Assembly (NCBI GenBank): GCA_030141605.1
Contig: JAQGDQ010000020.1
Coordinates: 248,001-312,000 of the forward strand
Direction of reading: 5' to 3'
DNA from: Tubiluchus corallicola
Lineage: Eukaryota > Animalia > Priapulida
Length of the DNA: 64,000 nucleotides
Part shown: positions 1 through 11,160 of the stretch, piece by piece
How the letters are laid out: the number at the start of each line of letters is the position of its first letter
Numbering within the stretch: the stretch's first letter is position 1
Program-made: the position numbers and the translations under genes
Notes under the pieces: model-generated
What the model was told of the DNA's origin: nothing
What the model saw: only the letters and a program-made list of their open reading frames with translations
The model's database searches: none

Positions 1-246
1 ATTCTGGGATTTTTTATTAATTGTTTTGAATCTTATTTTAGTTGTTTAGGTTTAAATAAATAGTTTGCTTGTGTTAATCCATGTTAAAATTCATTGTGAA
101 ACGTGACTTTTCACAATATACTGTTGTTGCGTGAGGTTGAAGTACAATATTTTATGCATGTATAAGTGACATGTTTTGCTTTAAGCAAATGTTTGAATCA
201 TTATAAGCGTACGCCATTTTAAACGTTTTGCGAGAGCATACTTAGT

Positions 247-3200
247 ATGGATACTGGCAACAATGCTGCCTGTGACAATGCTGCTAGTGATTATTCCATC
301 AGTAGAAGTAATGTTCATGTACCGATGTACGAAGAGATTTCAAATTCTGGCATTCAGTTTGCTGACATGTCGAAACATGTGATGAGAAAGGAACCCATTA
401 AAAAAGTACTGAGTGTTAGTGAACTTGATGCGGTAAGTTAGGAATTCCTTATATGTTAAGAGGCACAGAGAGCTCGCTGATGCTCATAACGTTATGTGGC
501 TATCTTTCAGCAATCGTAATAAACGTTTTAGCGTTTTACAAACCAAATGAAAATAATATTGAGCAACCACTTTCTTGATTCCATTTTGCTTGAATATTAT
601 CCATTCAGTACACTCCATTTTACAGTATAACATCGATCGAATTATATATAGTCAAACCAACAATATTTATTATCAAATAAATACATAAAATTTATTGTAA
701 ACTCTGTTTGTTATCAATTTTCTTACGATTATGAGTATGAAATTATTATGTTGCTTAGGTTAACATAACTTGGGAGAATATAAACGTCTGGGCGACGCTG
801 AAAGGTGGACGAAGTCGACATGATAGAGAAGCTGGACAATCTGACCCGGAAAAGCAAACAGAAAAAAGAGTTAAGAAGCATATTCTCCGAAATGGTATTA
901 AAACAAAATTTAAAGACTATTTACTAGCACGACATTAAATTAGTCTTTGTCACATTATTTTAACAACTTGAGTTGGCCATTTCAATGTGCATCTAAGTTA
1001 AACAATCTGCTTCTTTAAATTCCTTTAAAAGTAAATAATTTTGAGAAATATACGTTAAACAAACTAGCACGGAACGGGTTGCTTCTGCAAAAGATTGTGC
1101 TGTTTCTGATAGGTGTAGTCACTGGCCACCCGAATAAATTAACATCGTGTAAATAGAGCGCATATAGAAACTGTAAATAATTTTTGTAATAACACGTTTT
1201 CTTCACTCTGCACCCAATTTTCGTATTTAGTTTAGCATAGCTTTGTGCTGCAGTAAAGTGATTCGAGTTCTCGCTTAGAGCTGAGAGCTTGCTTCTACTA
1301 TAAGTTCCGTAGCACAAAGGATAAGGCAGCAGCACCTTCATGCTATACTCAGGAGACTGCACTGTTAATGCAGCTTGGTTTTACTTTATGCCATTTTAAA
1401 TTTGAGAATGTTTTGGAAAATGCATTTCCGAGAGGTGTAGGCTTGTTATTTAGTTAATGATGAGATTAAGTAATTCACTGTAGTCTATTAGGAGCGCTCA
1501 GCCCAACTGCATCTAGTAAATTGTTGTAAAAAGTTGTTCTGCTTGCTTGTTTATTCCAACGACATTAATTTACAAGTTTCATTAATATGTTATGTGAAAA
1601 TTTGTTATTGCAGTTACTGGGTACGCAAAAGCTGGTACGCTGTTAGCAATTATGGGTGCCAGGTATAAAAGCATAGTCATATTAAAAAAAATTATATTGT
1701 TGACAAAAATATTTATATTGTCAAATTGAAGGCAAAATAGATTCTACACACTCGGATCGATTTAAAAGAGTTTATTTAGCTGTAATTATTTTCCGAAATC
1801 ATCTTAGCAGAAAATTCATGTTGAATCAGTTTTGCAATAATTATTACTTTACAAGCCGATTGGCTGACAAGTAAGGATACGAACCAGAAGCAAGATTCAT
1901 TTGTTGTTTGTTTGTTTTAGTGGTGCAGGCAAAAGTACACTTATGAACATTCTGACGCACAGGAATACTGAAATGTATACTGTTGAGGGTACAGTCAAAA
2001 TTAATGGACAGCCAATTGGTTTTGGTCCTGGCATGAGGTCCATCTCGGCATACGTTCAGCAGGAAGATTTGTTCATTGGTACCCTGAAAGTAAAAGAACA
2101 TTTGAGATTTCAGGTATTTTAATTGTACTATCAGAAGCTTCACCACACGGAGTTTGTCTACATTTGAAACTGTTTAAGATTTTCGGTTCATTACACTTCT
2201 TTTGATAAGTTAGCTTATTATTACCGTCTTATATAGAGTACCAAAAGCATTTTTCAAACGTTTTTTAAAAAAATAAATAACAAAAATAATTAAACCAAAG
2301 TGTGGCTGACAGAGTAAGGTAGTGCATTTTAGTGTACCTTGTACAATGCAGGTTATTTTTATACATTGAAACAAACTATACGACTGCAAACAATTCAGCA
2401 TCAACATAAAAAACAACAAATCAATACATTTCAGTAACACAACAACAATGCAGTGCAATACAATACAGCAATACAAAAATGTCAGGCGATACAGTATAGC
2501 GTTCAGGACAACAATGTATGCTAAACACTAGATCACTGCAACAACAATATAGACTGCAGCACAGCTTAAGTCTTATGCTGCTGTGCAAAATTGTAAATCT
2601 AAAATATCTGTTGGTTTGAGTTGTAGGCTCTATTGAGAATGGACAAAGAATTCACGTATTCTCAGCGAATGAAGAAAGTTGAAGAAACTCTCACGGAGGT
2701 AGTTTGCTACACCTGTATTCATTTTTAGGATCTTAAAATAATTTATACTACATTTTGTCGAGCCATAATTAAATTACTCAATTCTGCCGATGATAAAAGA
2801 GGAAAAAATAGTCAAAGAAAAAGCATAAAAAATGTTCAGAAGAATGAAAGACTTAAAAAGGAATGAAGGGAAAAGGGGGCATCGAAAAAATTATGAAAAG
2901 AATAGAAAGAATGAAGCAAAATCATGTGAAATCATTATTTGCCATTACAGCTTGGTTTAAAGAAATGCGAGAACACATGGATAGGCGTCCCTGGTAGAAT
3001 AAAAGGTATTTCAGGAGGCGAAAGAAAGCGTCTTGCATTTGCATCTGAGGTTAGTAAGTTATACTTTGATAATGAATAAGCATTTACTCGTTTGTATTTA
3101 TTAAAATATTGCTGGCACCTTTTGTGTCTGTGCTATTACTGAAGGTTAATAATGACATGGGAGCTACTATATGCAGAATGGTTTGAAAATTTTACCTACC

Positions 3201-6200
3201 TATCACTGTCATAACAATTTTTCTTAAAAGACTGTTAAAATCATTGTTTGAAAATAAGTTTGCTCTAACTATACCTGTTGTGGGTCTTGAATTAGCATTA
3301 TAGCATTTACAAATAATCTGTAAAGAGAAAAAACATTTGTCATAATTATTTCAACAACTATAATGAAATAAATGCCTTTTTCTAGATGCTAACAAATCCA
3401 AAATTAATGTTTTGCGATGAACCAACATCTGGTTTGGACTCCTTTATGGCACAAAACGTCATATGTGTTTTGAAAGACATGGCTTGTAAAGGGCGAACTA
3501 TCCTGTGCACCATACATCAACCTTCATCTGAAGTGTATGCCATGTTCGACAGGTAAAAGTGCTATGTATACAATTTTTACATGCAAAAATGTAGATTTCA
3601 TGCTTCACTATAAACCATTTTAACAGTAATAGTGACTTACGTAGTTACTTTTGGCTTCCAATTTTACTGCTGAGTCATTTCAAATTTAAAATATGTTTTT
3701 TACCTGAAACCATTAATAATTTGTATTTAGTTATTTATATTTTAAATTTTTAACTTTTAAATCTCGTATGACTATTAGGCTTTCTAAGACATATTTAACG
3801 TATTCACTAGTTTCTAGTGCTGAATAACAGTAGATAGCATTTTTAAATGCCTATGTATTTCTATTTACTTATGCTTTTTCCTGAGCATTTTTTTGTAATT
3901 TTAGGATACAGTTTTTTGCTGATTTTAGACTTTGTTTTGCTAGCTTAAAATTCCAAATTTGCCTTCTGCTGACTTACTTGGACCATAGAAACAACTGCTT
4001 GACAATGTTTTTTATATAGGCCTATATATGTAAAAATAAATTACTATTCTCTAAATTGTAATGCAGGATATTGTTAATGGCAGAAGGCAGGGTGGCGTAT
4101 TTAGGTTCAAGAAAAACTATTCATACATTTTTCAAGACGATGGATTGCAAATGTCCACCAAAGTTTAATCCTGCTGATTACTATGTGCACAGTTTAGCTG
4201 TAATCCCAGAAAAGGAGGCCCAATGCAAAGACAAAGTAGAGGTACGTACGCAGCTGCAGCGTTACCTGTAGTAAAGATTTTATAATTATTTGAGCTTATA
4301 TCTTCAATTGAATTTTGTTAAAACATTTTTTTATTAATAATTTGTTAGGTGAATAATGGGTTTCATTAATTGTAATTTTCATTAATTAAAACTGTCTTTT
4401 TGTTTTTCTTACTTTCCAACTTGTTACTTTCAGAGAATATGTAACGCATTTGAAGTGTCCCCTCAAGGTTATCTTGTCAAACAAGTTATCATGGAGAATA
4501 ATCGAAATAAACAGCTCATTGACGTAAGAAAGCAGCTGATAACAATTGGCATTGAATCTTTTAATATGTTGTTCAATTTAGTAACATCTATTAACAATCG
4601 CTAATGTTGAATCTATTAATATGTTATTCGGTATAGTAAGCCTCTGTTCGTGCATCTGTCCGTTTGGCCGTCCATGCTTCTGCCCGTTCGTTTGTCTGTA
4701 ATTCGTTATTGGTCTTGTGAACACTTTTCGAGCTAACCTTTTTTGAAGCATGACATTCATTTTTCATATAATATATAGGCTCATCAGTCAGTAAAAGAAC
4801 GACCTATCGACTTTGTGGGCCCCTTATCAAAGGTCAACGTCTCAGTTGGAAAAGTTTGTGAAGACGTAGCCTAAACTTTCATATTTTATGTATTCATCGA
4901 CTGTCAACAGGGGAAGAATCTTATGGGTTTTGAGGCCTTAAGATCAAAAGTCAGTGTCATAGGATACACTACTTGAAAAAGGTTGCGGATGCATTCTAAC
5001 TCTAAAGAATTAATGCAATGCATTCGACTTTCACATTTGGGCCGCCCATCAATAGGAGAAGAACCTTATCGCTTTTGGAGTCCCAAGGTTAAAAGTCGGA
5101 TTCACGGGAACCAATACTTGAAAAATACTACGACCCCCTGTTGTCAGGTGATGCTCCGCTTTGTAGTGTGCTTTGTTGATGTTTGCAGTAAATGCAATTT
5201 TGTAACATCTTGTCATGTATTACAATTAACGCCAAACCAAGATAGCTGTTTCCAGCAGTTTCATTGCAATTATTTATACATGCATTTTTTCAGTTCGGTG
5301 AATTGCTGGCTCATCGTTCAACGTAAGTAACCTCTTTTCATTAAATACAATCCAGTAACTATATTTTAATTATTTAGTAATAATACAAAAGACTGCAGTT
5401 TATGAGTTTTTATTGAATTATTTTTAGCTACTTTTTGTCTGAAAAATTGTTGAAAATGCCACTGGAAACAAGAATACAAAAACTGAAAAACCAGACTTCC
5501 AAATTTAAAATGCATGTGAATTCCTTGCTGTGTTAGCATTTTTGTTGTCACGATTATTGTGGTTGTACTTTCTGATGCATTTGCGACGAAGTATCTGCAC
5601 AAGTGAATGAGTGCCAACATTTAAATTTCGATTTCACCAATTTAACTCGAGGTAGGTTTTCCTTATCAAGTATTTCCAAACAATCACTGATATTTTGTCA
5701 TCTTTTCCTTATCAGACTCGTGTACACTTTAATGAAGGAAATCAAGTAGCCAATTATAACAATCACTGGCATCCTATTTCTTCTAATTATAGCCAGCACA
5801 CCCCAATTATTATTGTAAGGGGTTTAGCAATTACAAGCCTAAAAGCCTGTCGCCTGCTTATTACAGTTAACCAAACATTTTAGCGTATGTTTCATTTAGG
5901 TATAAAGCAAGTTGGATAAAGCAATTTATCACTCTAACACACAGAGCATTAATCAGCGTGATTCGAGATCCAATGGCAATAAAAGTGAGAACTTTTCAAA
6001 CAATGGTGAGTAGAAATCAGACTTAACTAACTAAAAGCTATGTGAATGTGATGCGAAAAATATTGTATGTGAGAGGTTTATTAGTGCAAAACATCTGATG
6101 CTTTTTTCAACTCTTTTCAGTTTTCACAAATTTTTCTTTTGTAGGTAATGGGTATAATACTTGGAATTGTCTACCTGCAGCAGGAAATGAACCAAGAAGC

Positions 6201-7697
6201 TGTGCAAAACATCACTTCTGTCTTGTTTATTTCAATTATAGCCATGTCTGTAAACAACGCTTACACAGTAGTCAATGTAGGTGCTAAATTGCACAAAAGT
6301 TCATCTAGTCAGTTGAAGCCCTTTTCTTTTCGCCATTGTTGTTGAAGTTGGTTGTGTTCAACAGGTTACTGGTTCAAGTCGAAAAAATGTCAGATTTTTT
6401 TGTGGAGTGTAACACTTTTCAAACTTTGACCAGTGCTCAATGGCAGACTTTAACTAATGTAGATGTTGCAAAGACACTAACTCCAGACACTGAACGGCAC
6501 AACTGACTTAGCAATATATAGGTGGTAAACTATAACTAAACAGCACTACGGTAGTGCAAACTAGTGCGCAGTAATTTTGGAACTAGTAAGTTCGGTACAA
6601 GTAAGTCTGGTCCTGGTAATTTTGGTACGAGAAAATTTTGGTACAGGGAAAATTTGGTACTGGTAAACATGGTACTAATGAAGTTTTGTCAGGCACGTTT
6701 GGTACAAGTACTTGCAGTACAAGGTAAAAATGGTATAGAATGAGTTTGGTATTACACGAGCGAGAACAACATCACAGCGAAATGAGCGGCTCTATAGAGT
6801 TATTTTCAAGCGAATAACCCAAAAATTAATATTAAAATTAATATTAACCCAAAAGCAAAAGTCAAGTCTCTTGAGAAATTGGGATTATTGTAACATTTGA
6901 GAAAAATGTACGAAAGTTTCAACAGTAAAATTGTTGGACTTTACGCTTGGGAACATTCATTTCGAAATAAAAAATTCTTTGTCTGTGTATGTTGCAAAAT
7001 AAACATAAACAAAGGCTAAAGACTAAAATAAAGACATAAAAGAGACGAGGTGGCGAAAAGACCAAGGGTCACCAAGTCAACCACCCCTATTAATACCTGT
7101 CAACCACCTGTCTCTTCTAATTATAAATATGACTATGCAGAACTTATTTTCAGTAGTTCACATAAGGCAAAACTGTAAAAATCCCATCTACACTAACTTC
7201 TTCAATAACTGCAGCATCACCATTGTTGAAAGGGATGTTGTTACGTCACGAAACAGTAAAGCTTTAAAATACTTCAGTAAAATACTTTATCTAATGAAGT
7301 TAGAATCGTAATCTGGTTCATTATCAAGAATAATTATCTAAAAGGAGACATGGAACTGGCAGAAATTCTCGGTTTTATTCAGACACATCCTTGATCAATG
7401 GGATAAAAAGCTAAGATCAGTGGTAGACGAAACCACAAGACATTTTTTCAGCCGTCTCCACATTCGAGAAGCTGAGCATCGCTGTTAGGTATAGCCTTGT
7501 ATCACACTTTAAAGGAAATCTTTTTGATCGAAGCTTCGATTGATGTCTTCACAAAGCTGGCTTGAGCAGTCATGCATAATCGAACCTGCAAATCAGTATT
7601 AACAATTTAGGCATATTTAAGGCTAATGATCTCACTCTGATCGTGTTACAAAAAACATTTATTTGCCGGCTTCCTTTTCTTTACTCGCAACCTGGTG

Positions 7698-7752
<55 letters not shown>

Positions 7753-10700
7753 CACATGGGCACATGTAAAGTCATGAAAATGAAAAAAATGTTCCATTAA
7801 TAAAAGTAACACAACAGTAAATGTTTTGTTACTTCTGTTAAATTTTTATGAATTTAAGAATGTTTTGCTTGACTTAATGCATTTCTACGTTATAGTAAAA
7901 TCCTTCGATAACTGTACAATATCGCAATTTTTAAAATACATGTACTTTTAGTTGGTTCTGCTTGCAGGTGTTTTGTGAAGAGTGTGTCATTTTTCTGAGG
8001 GAGCACTTTAATGCTAGCTATAGGTTGGACACATATTTCCTCAGCAAAATGCTGGCAGAGGTAGGGGCTGTATATTATATACACCGATGAAATTAGTGAT
8101 AAGAGTTATTTAAAGCAAGTAAGTGATATTGGATAAATGTGTTTAATTTAATGTAGAATTTTTGCAAAGCTGCATTCGTAATTAAGGTGTGAGGTAATAC
8201 AGACTTAATTATAAATCTGAAAGTCTGCAACATCAGTTTTCGATGCTGTAAGGTTTTAGGAAAAAGGAAGAAATATTACATACTTATGGGAAATATTTAA
8301 TCTCGTTAAGAAATAGTAATATGAAATATCACACAGAGAAACTAAAACTCCATATTAGGCATTTAGTGGTTTTGAGCTATAATAGTGTAATCTTTCAAAT
8401 TATTGTATCATTCAACTACCATTGTTCTTTCAGCTACCATTTTTCATCCTGTTGCCATTTCTGTTTACGCTTATACACTATTTTATGGTGGGTAAGTAAT
8501 AATGGATCCTTATCCCGCTTTTTTATTTTGTAGTGAGCTTTTTATTTTAAACTTTGATGTATGTTTTACTTATTGAGTAGTTTTCTGTGTTTTTTTCAGG
8601 TTTATATCATTCAGCGTCGCACTTTTTTGTTTGCGCTGGAATTCTCATTTTAATAGCTAATGTATCAGCGTCATTCGGTAAGCTTACGACCATACAAGAT
8701 ATTCTAATTTTGTAATTTTTTTTCAACAATTTCTCTGAGTATCTGTGTCATATTTTGGTTCAGTAAGTGCCATGCAGAAATATGGCATCAGTATCAATTA
8801 AAGTATAAAATAAAAGTCTATTGCTGATAATTTTAAGTGCAAGAAGGTACAAAAGCGAAACCTCTAGCACAATTTGTAAAAAGACATTAAAATAAACAAT
8901 GGAACGAGATTATTTTAACAACAGTATAAATTATGTGCAACAATTAACACTGCTCAGCAGTTGCATATTATTTGCACATGCTTTAGCAAAGTGAGGAACA
9001 CATAGTATAATGCTGTACTAACAATAGATGAAGTTCGCATGTACCATGCTGTAAATGAAATCTGCTGTGTTTGCCAGATGCCTTAGACGAGGCGAATGTT
9101 TTTTTGTGGCAGTTCACATTTTTGCAGAAATAGTATAGGAGAGAATATAACATACTGTTGTACTGTTGTACTAACAATAACATAAAATTTGCATATACCA
9201 GGCAGGCAGTAAAAGGAGCCTGCTGTGTTTGCCAAATGTTCCAGACAAGGTGAATATCTTTTTACACAAACGATTCATTTTATAATTAAGATAGAAAATT
9301 ATGTAATAGGTAATTCTGCCTTAATTGATGAGCAACAGACTAGATTAGGTCTCTTTTTTAAACCAGCCTGTTTTTAAGAGGTAGTCTTTGCATGGCTTAT
9401 GTTTCTGTTTGTAGGCAAAGGTTACTTAACACTTTAATTTGAATGACCTTGATTAACTTTGATTGGCAAGATTTCTTTGCATCAACTCATCGTTTTTTTA
9501 ATTTCCTTTCCAGGTTATATGATGTCTTGCTTCTCCTCCAATCCGGAGATTGTATGGGCCGCTGCTGCGCCATTTCTTATGGCAATGATGCTGTTTGGTG
9601 GTCTATTACTGAATGTGGAGTAAGTTAAATTTACCAAACAACAATAGTTATAATGTATTAATATTATTATATAGGTGCCCTATGTAATGATAGGGCTTTG
9701 CCTGTTCTCTATCACTGTTTAAGAACGTGTAGATAGAACAGCTGGCTAAGCAGATGGCAGAAAATTAATTTGAGGACTGAGTCAGATATTAAATTAAGAG
9801 TAAAACCAGGAACGCAGGCGAAAAAATTTTCAACGTAGACCTCAAAACTTTTTTGTCCGTTATTCAGGGGCATGCGGCAAAACCTCTTGCTATCATGAAC
9901 GATTTTTTCCACGTTTTGGTTCACATTGATGATGGCAAAAGGCATTGCGGAAACATCTGAATTATAATATGAATGTGTATTTCCAGGTCGATTCCTGTAT
10001 ATTTTATATGGCTTGAATATCTCAGCTGGTTTAAATACGGGAATGAGGCTCTGAACATCAACCAATGGAAAGATGTTACAGAAATACGCAAGTATTTGTG
10101 CTGGGGGTAGCATATAAATGTTCCATCAATAAATTCTGTTAATCACAGTTTAGTGCAATTTGGCATATTTTATTATTCGAAATTTTTCTGTGTAGACAAT
10201 TTATCAACTTAGGCTTATCTTAATACTGTGAATTATTAAAATATTATATGGAACTTTCATTACATGTTTAATTTATAGCATGTGAAAATGGCAACGAAAC
10301 TCAGCGGCCTTGCATACATAATGGGACAGCTGTGCTTCACCAGTTCAACTTTAAAGAGGTATCTTAACAGAAATCGTTTCTGTGTATGTCAAAACACAGC
10401 AGTTTTATTCATAAGAAAACTGTTTGAAATGGATGTCAGTGGTGATACACGCTAACAGAATTTTCAGGTTTTATGAATTTCGAGACTCTCATTATTTCAA
10501 AAAGCCAGAAGGATGAAAAGGTTCAGCGAAAGCTAACAGTACATGAGTGTGGCACAATATTCTCAGGAAGAAATTTTTGACATTTTCTTATGCTATAAGC
10601 TTGAGCAAACAACTGTGATCTAGTTTTGATAATTCTATGAGAACATTTTTGCTGTAATCCAAGTTTTGGACTCCTTATTTTCCTTACATAATATAGTTAC

Positions 10701-10828
10701 ATTGTTTTTATTTGTCCTTTTCACAGGATAATATGTACCTGAACGTTGGCTTGTTATTCGTTCTGATGGCTGGATACAGGCTTTTGGCTTTCATCATTCT
10801 TTCATTTCAAACACGGAATAAAGGCTAG
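247..10828 (+). CDS. white: white-like ABCG half-transporter, paralog A (19 exons, ~683 aa)
   Basis: Exons joined by hand in one open frame: 247-432, 759-894, 1614-1662, 1921-2113, 2627-2698, 2951-3049, 3386-3552, 4067-4241, 4434-4523, 5294-5322, 5900-6005, 6145-6276, 7968-8060, 8434-8491, 8600-8677, 9514-9619, 9987-10087 (GC donor), 10279-10358, 10727-10828; total 2052 nt. Motifs: Walker A GASGAGKST, Q-loop YVQQED, signature ISGGERKR, Walker [12 protein letters not shown]-loop [45 protein letters not shown]-then-TMD order is ABCG. The symbol is family-level; orthology is unverified. Confidence 0.93.
4578..5180 (+). mobile_element. Helentron/HINE (DINE-1/pearl-like) non-autonomous element in paralog A intron 9
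   Basis: 5' short inverted repeat (taacat...atgtta), a degenerate (GTCC/GTCT/GTTC)n tract at ~4644-4698, repeated aaggtcaa-like core units, and a degenerate 3' hairpin gctccgctttgtagtgtgc before ttgtt. The equivalent intron in paralog B is only 143 bp. Confidence 0.6.
6540..7600. mobile_element. degraded DNA transposon remnant, possibly MULE/foldback-like, in paralog A intron 12
   Basis: 6560-6755 is a ~15-bp periodic array built on ggtaa(t/a)tttggtac, resembling tandem-repeat TIRs. Minus strand 7270-7590 gives broken pieces ([32 protein letters not shown]) loosely like a MULE catalytic region. Confidence 0.35.
7702..7748. repeat. (TA)n microsatellite
   Basis: Direct read. Confidence 0.98.
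9001..9265. repeat. diverged tandem duplication in paralog A intron 15 (spacing ~150-155 bp)
   Basis: tgtactaacaata...gcat.tacca...ctgctgtgtttgcca.atg...agac.agg.gaat occurs at ~9001-9106 and ~9151-9265. Confidence 0.75.
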
Positions 10829-11154
10829 GTTGATGACATGATGCCAGAAATAGATGCATTTAAAGTGCAAAATTAAAGTCGATGCTTATCTTATGTTGAA
10901 GCTTTTCCAATCCGAAGTTAATTATCTACACTTAAATTTAGTATTTCCTTGTTAAAGTGCTAAATCAGCAATGTATTCCTAAATCCAACAAACTCACTGT
11001 TTTGCATTTAGTTTTTTCTTTACCGTGGACATGTAATAGGTTTTTACAGCGGCAGTTTATAAAGCCGAAATGCTCAAATTCAATTCAACCTTAAAATAAT
11101 TTATTGATTTAACATATATCGCAATCACATTAATTTTGAAATACATATATAATC

Positions 11155-11160
11155 AATAAA
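11155..11160 (+). promoter_or_regulatory. candidate polyadenylation signal, paralog A
   Basis: AATAAA ~330 nt after the stop codon. Further AATAAA copies follow (e.g. 11441), so the site actually used is uncertain. Confidence 0.4.

Noticed and set aside
10088-10095. Paralog A or B as frameshifted pseudogenes
   Set aside because: The apparent frame breaks vanish with GC donors that reproduce the paralogous exon lengths exactly; no internal stops were found.
9712-10113. 133-aa minus-strand ORF
   Set aside because: Antisense shadow of exon 17 plus intron; no recognisable motifs.
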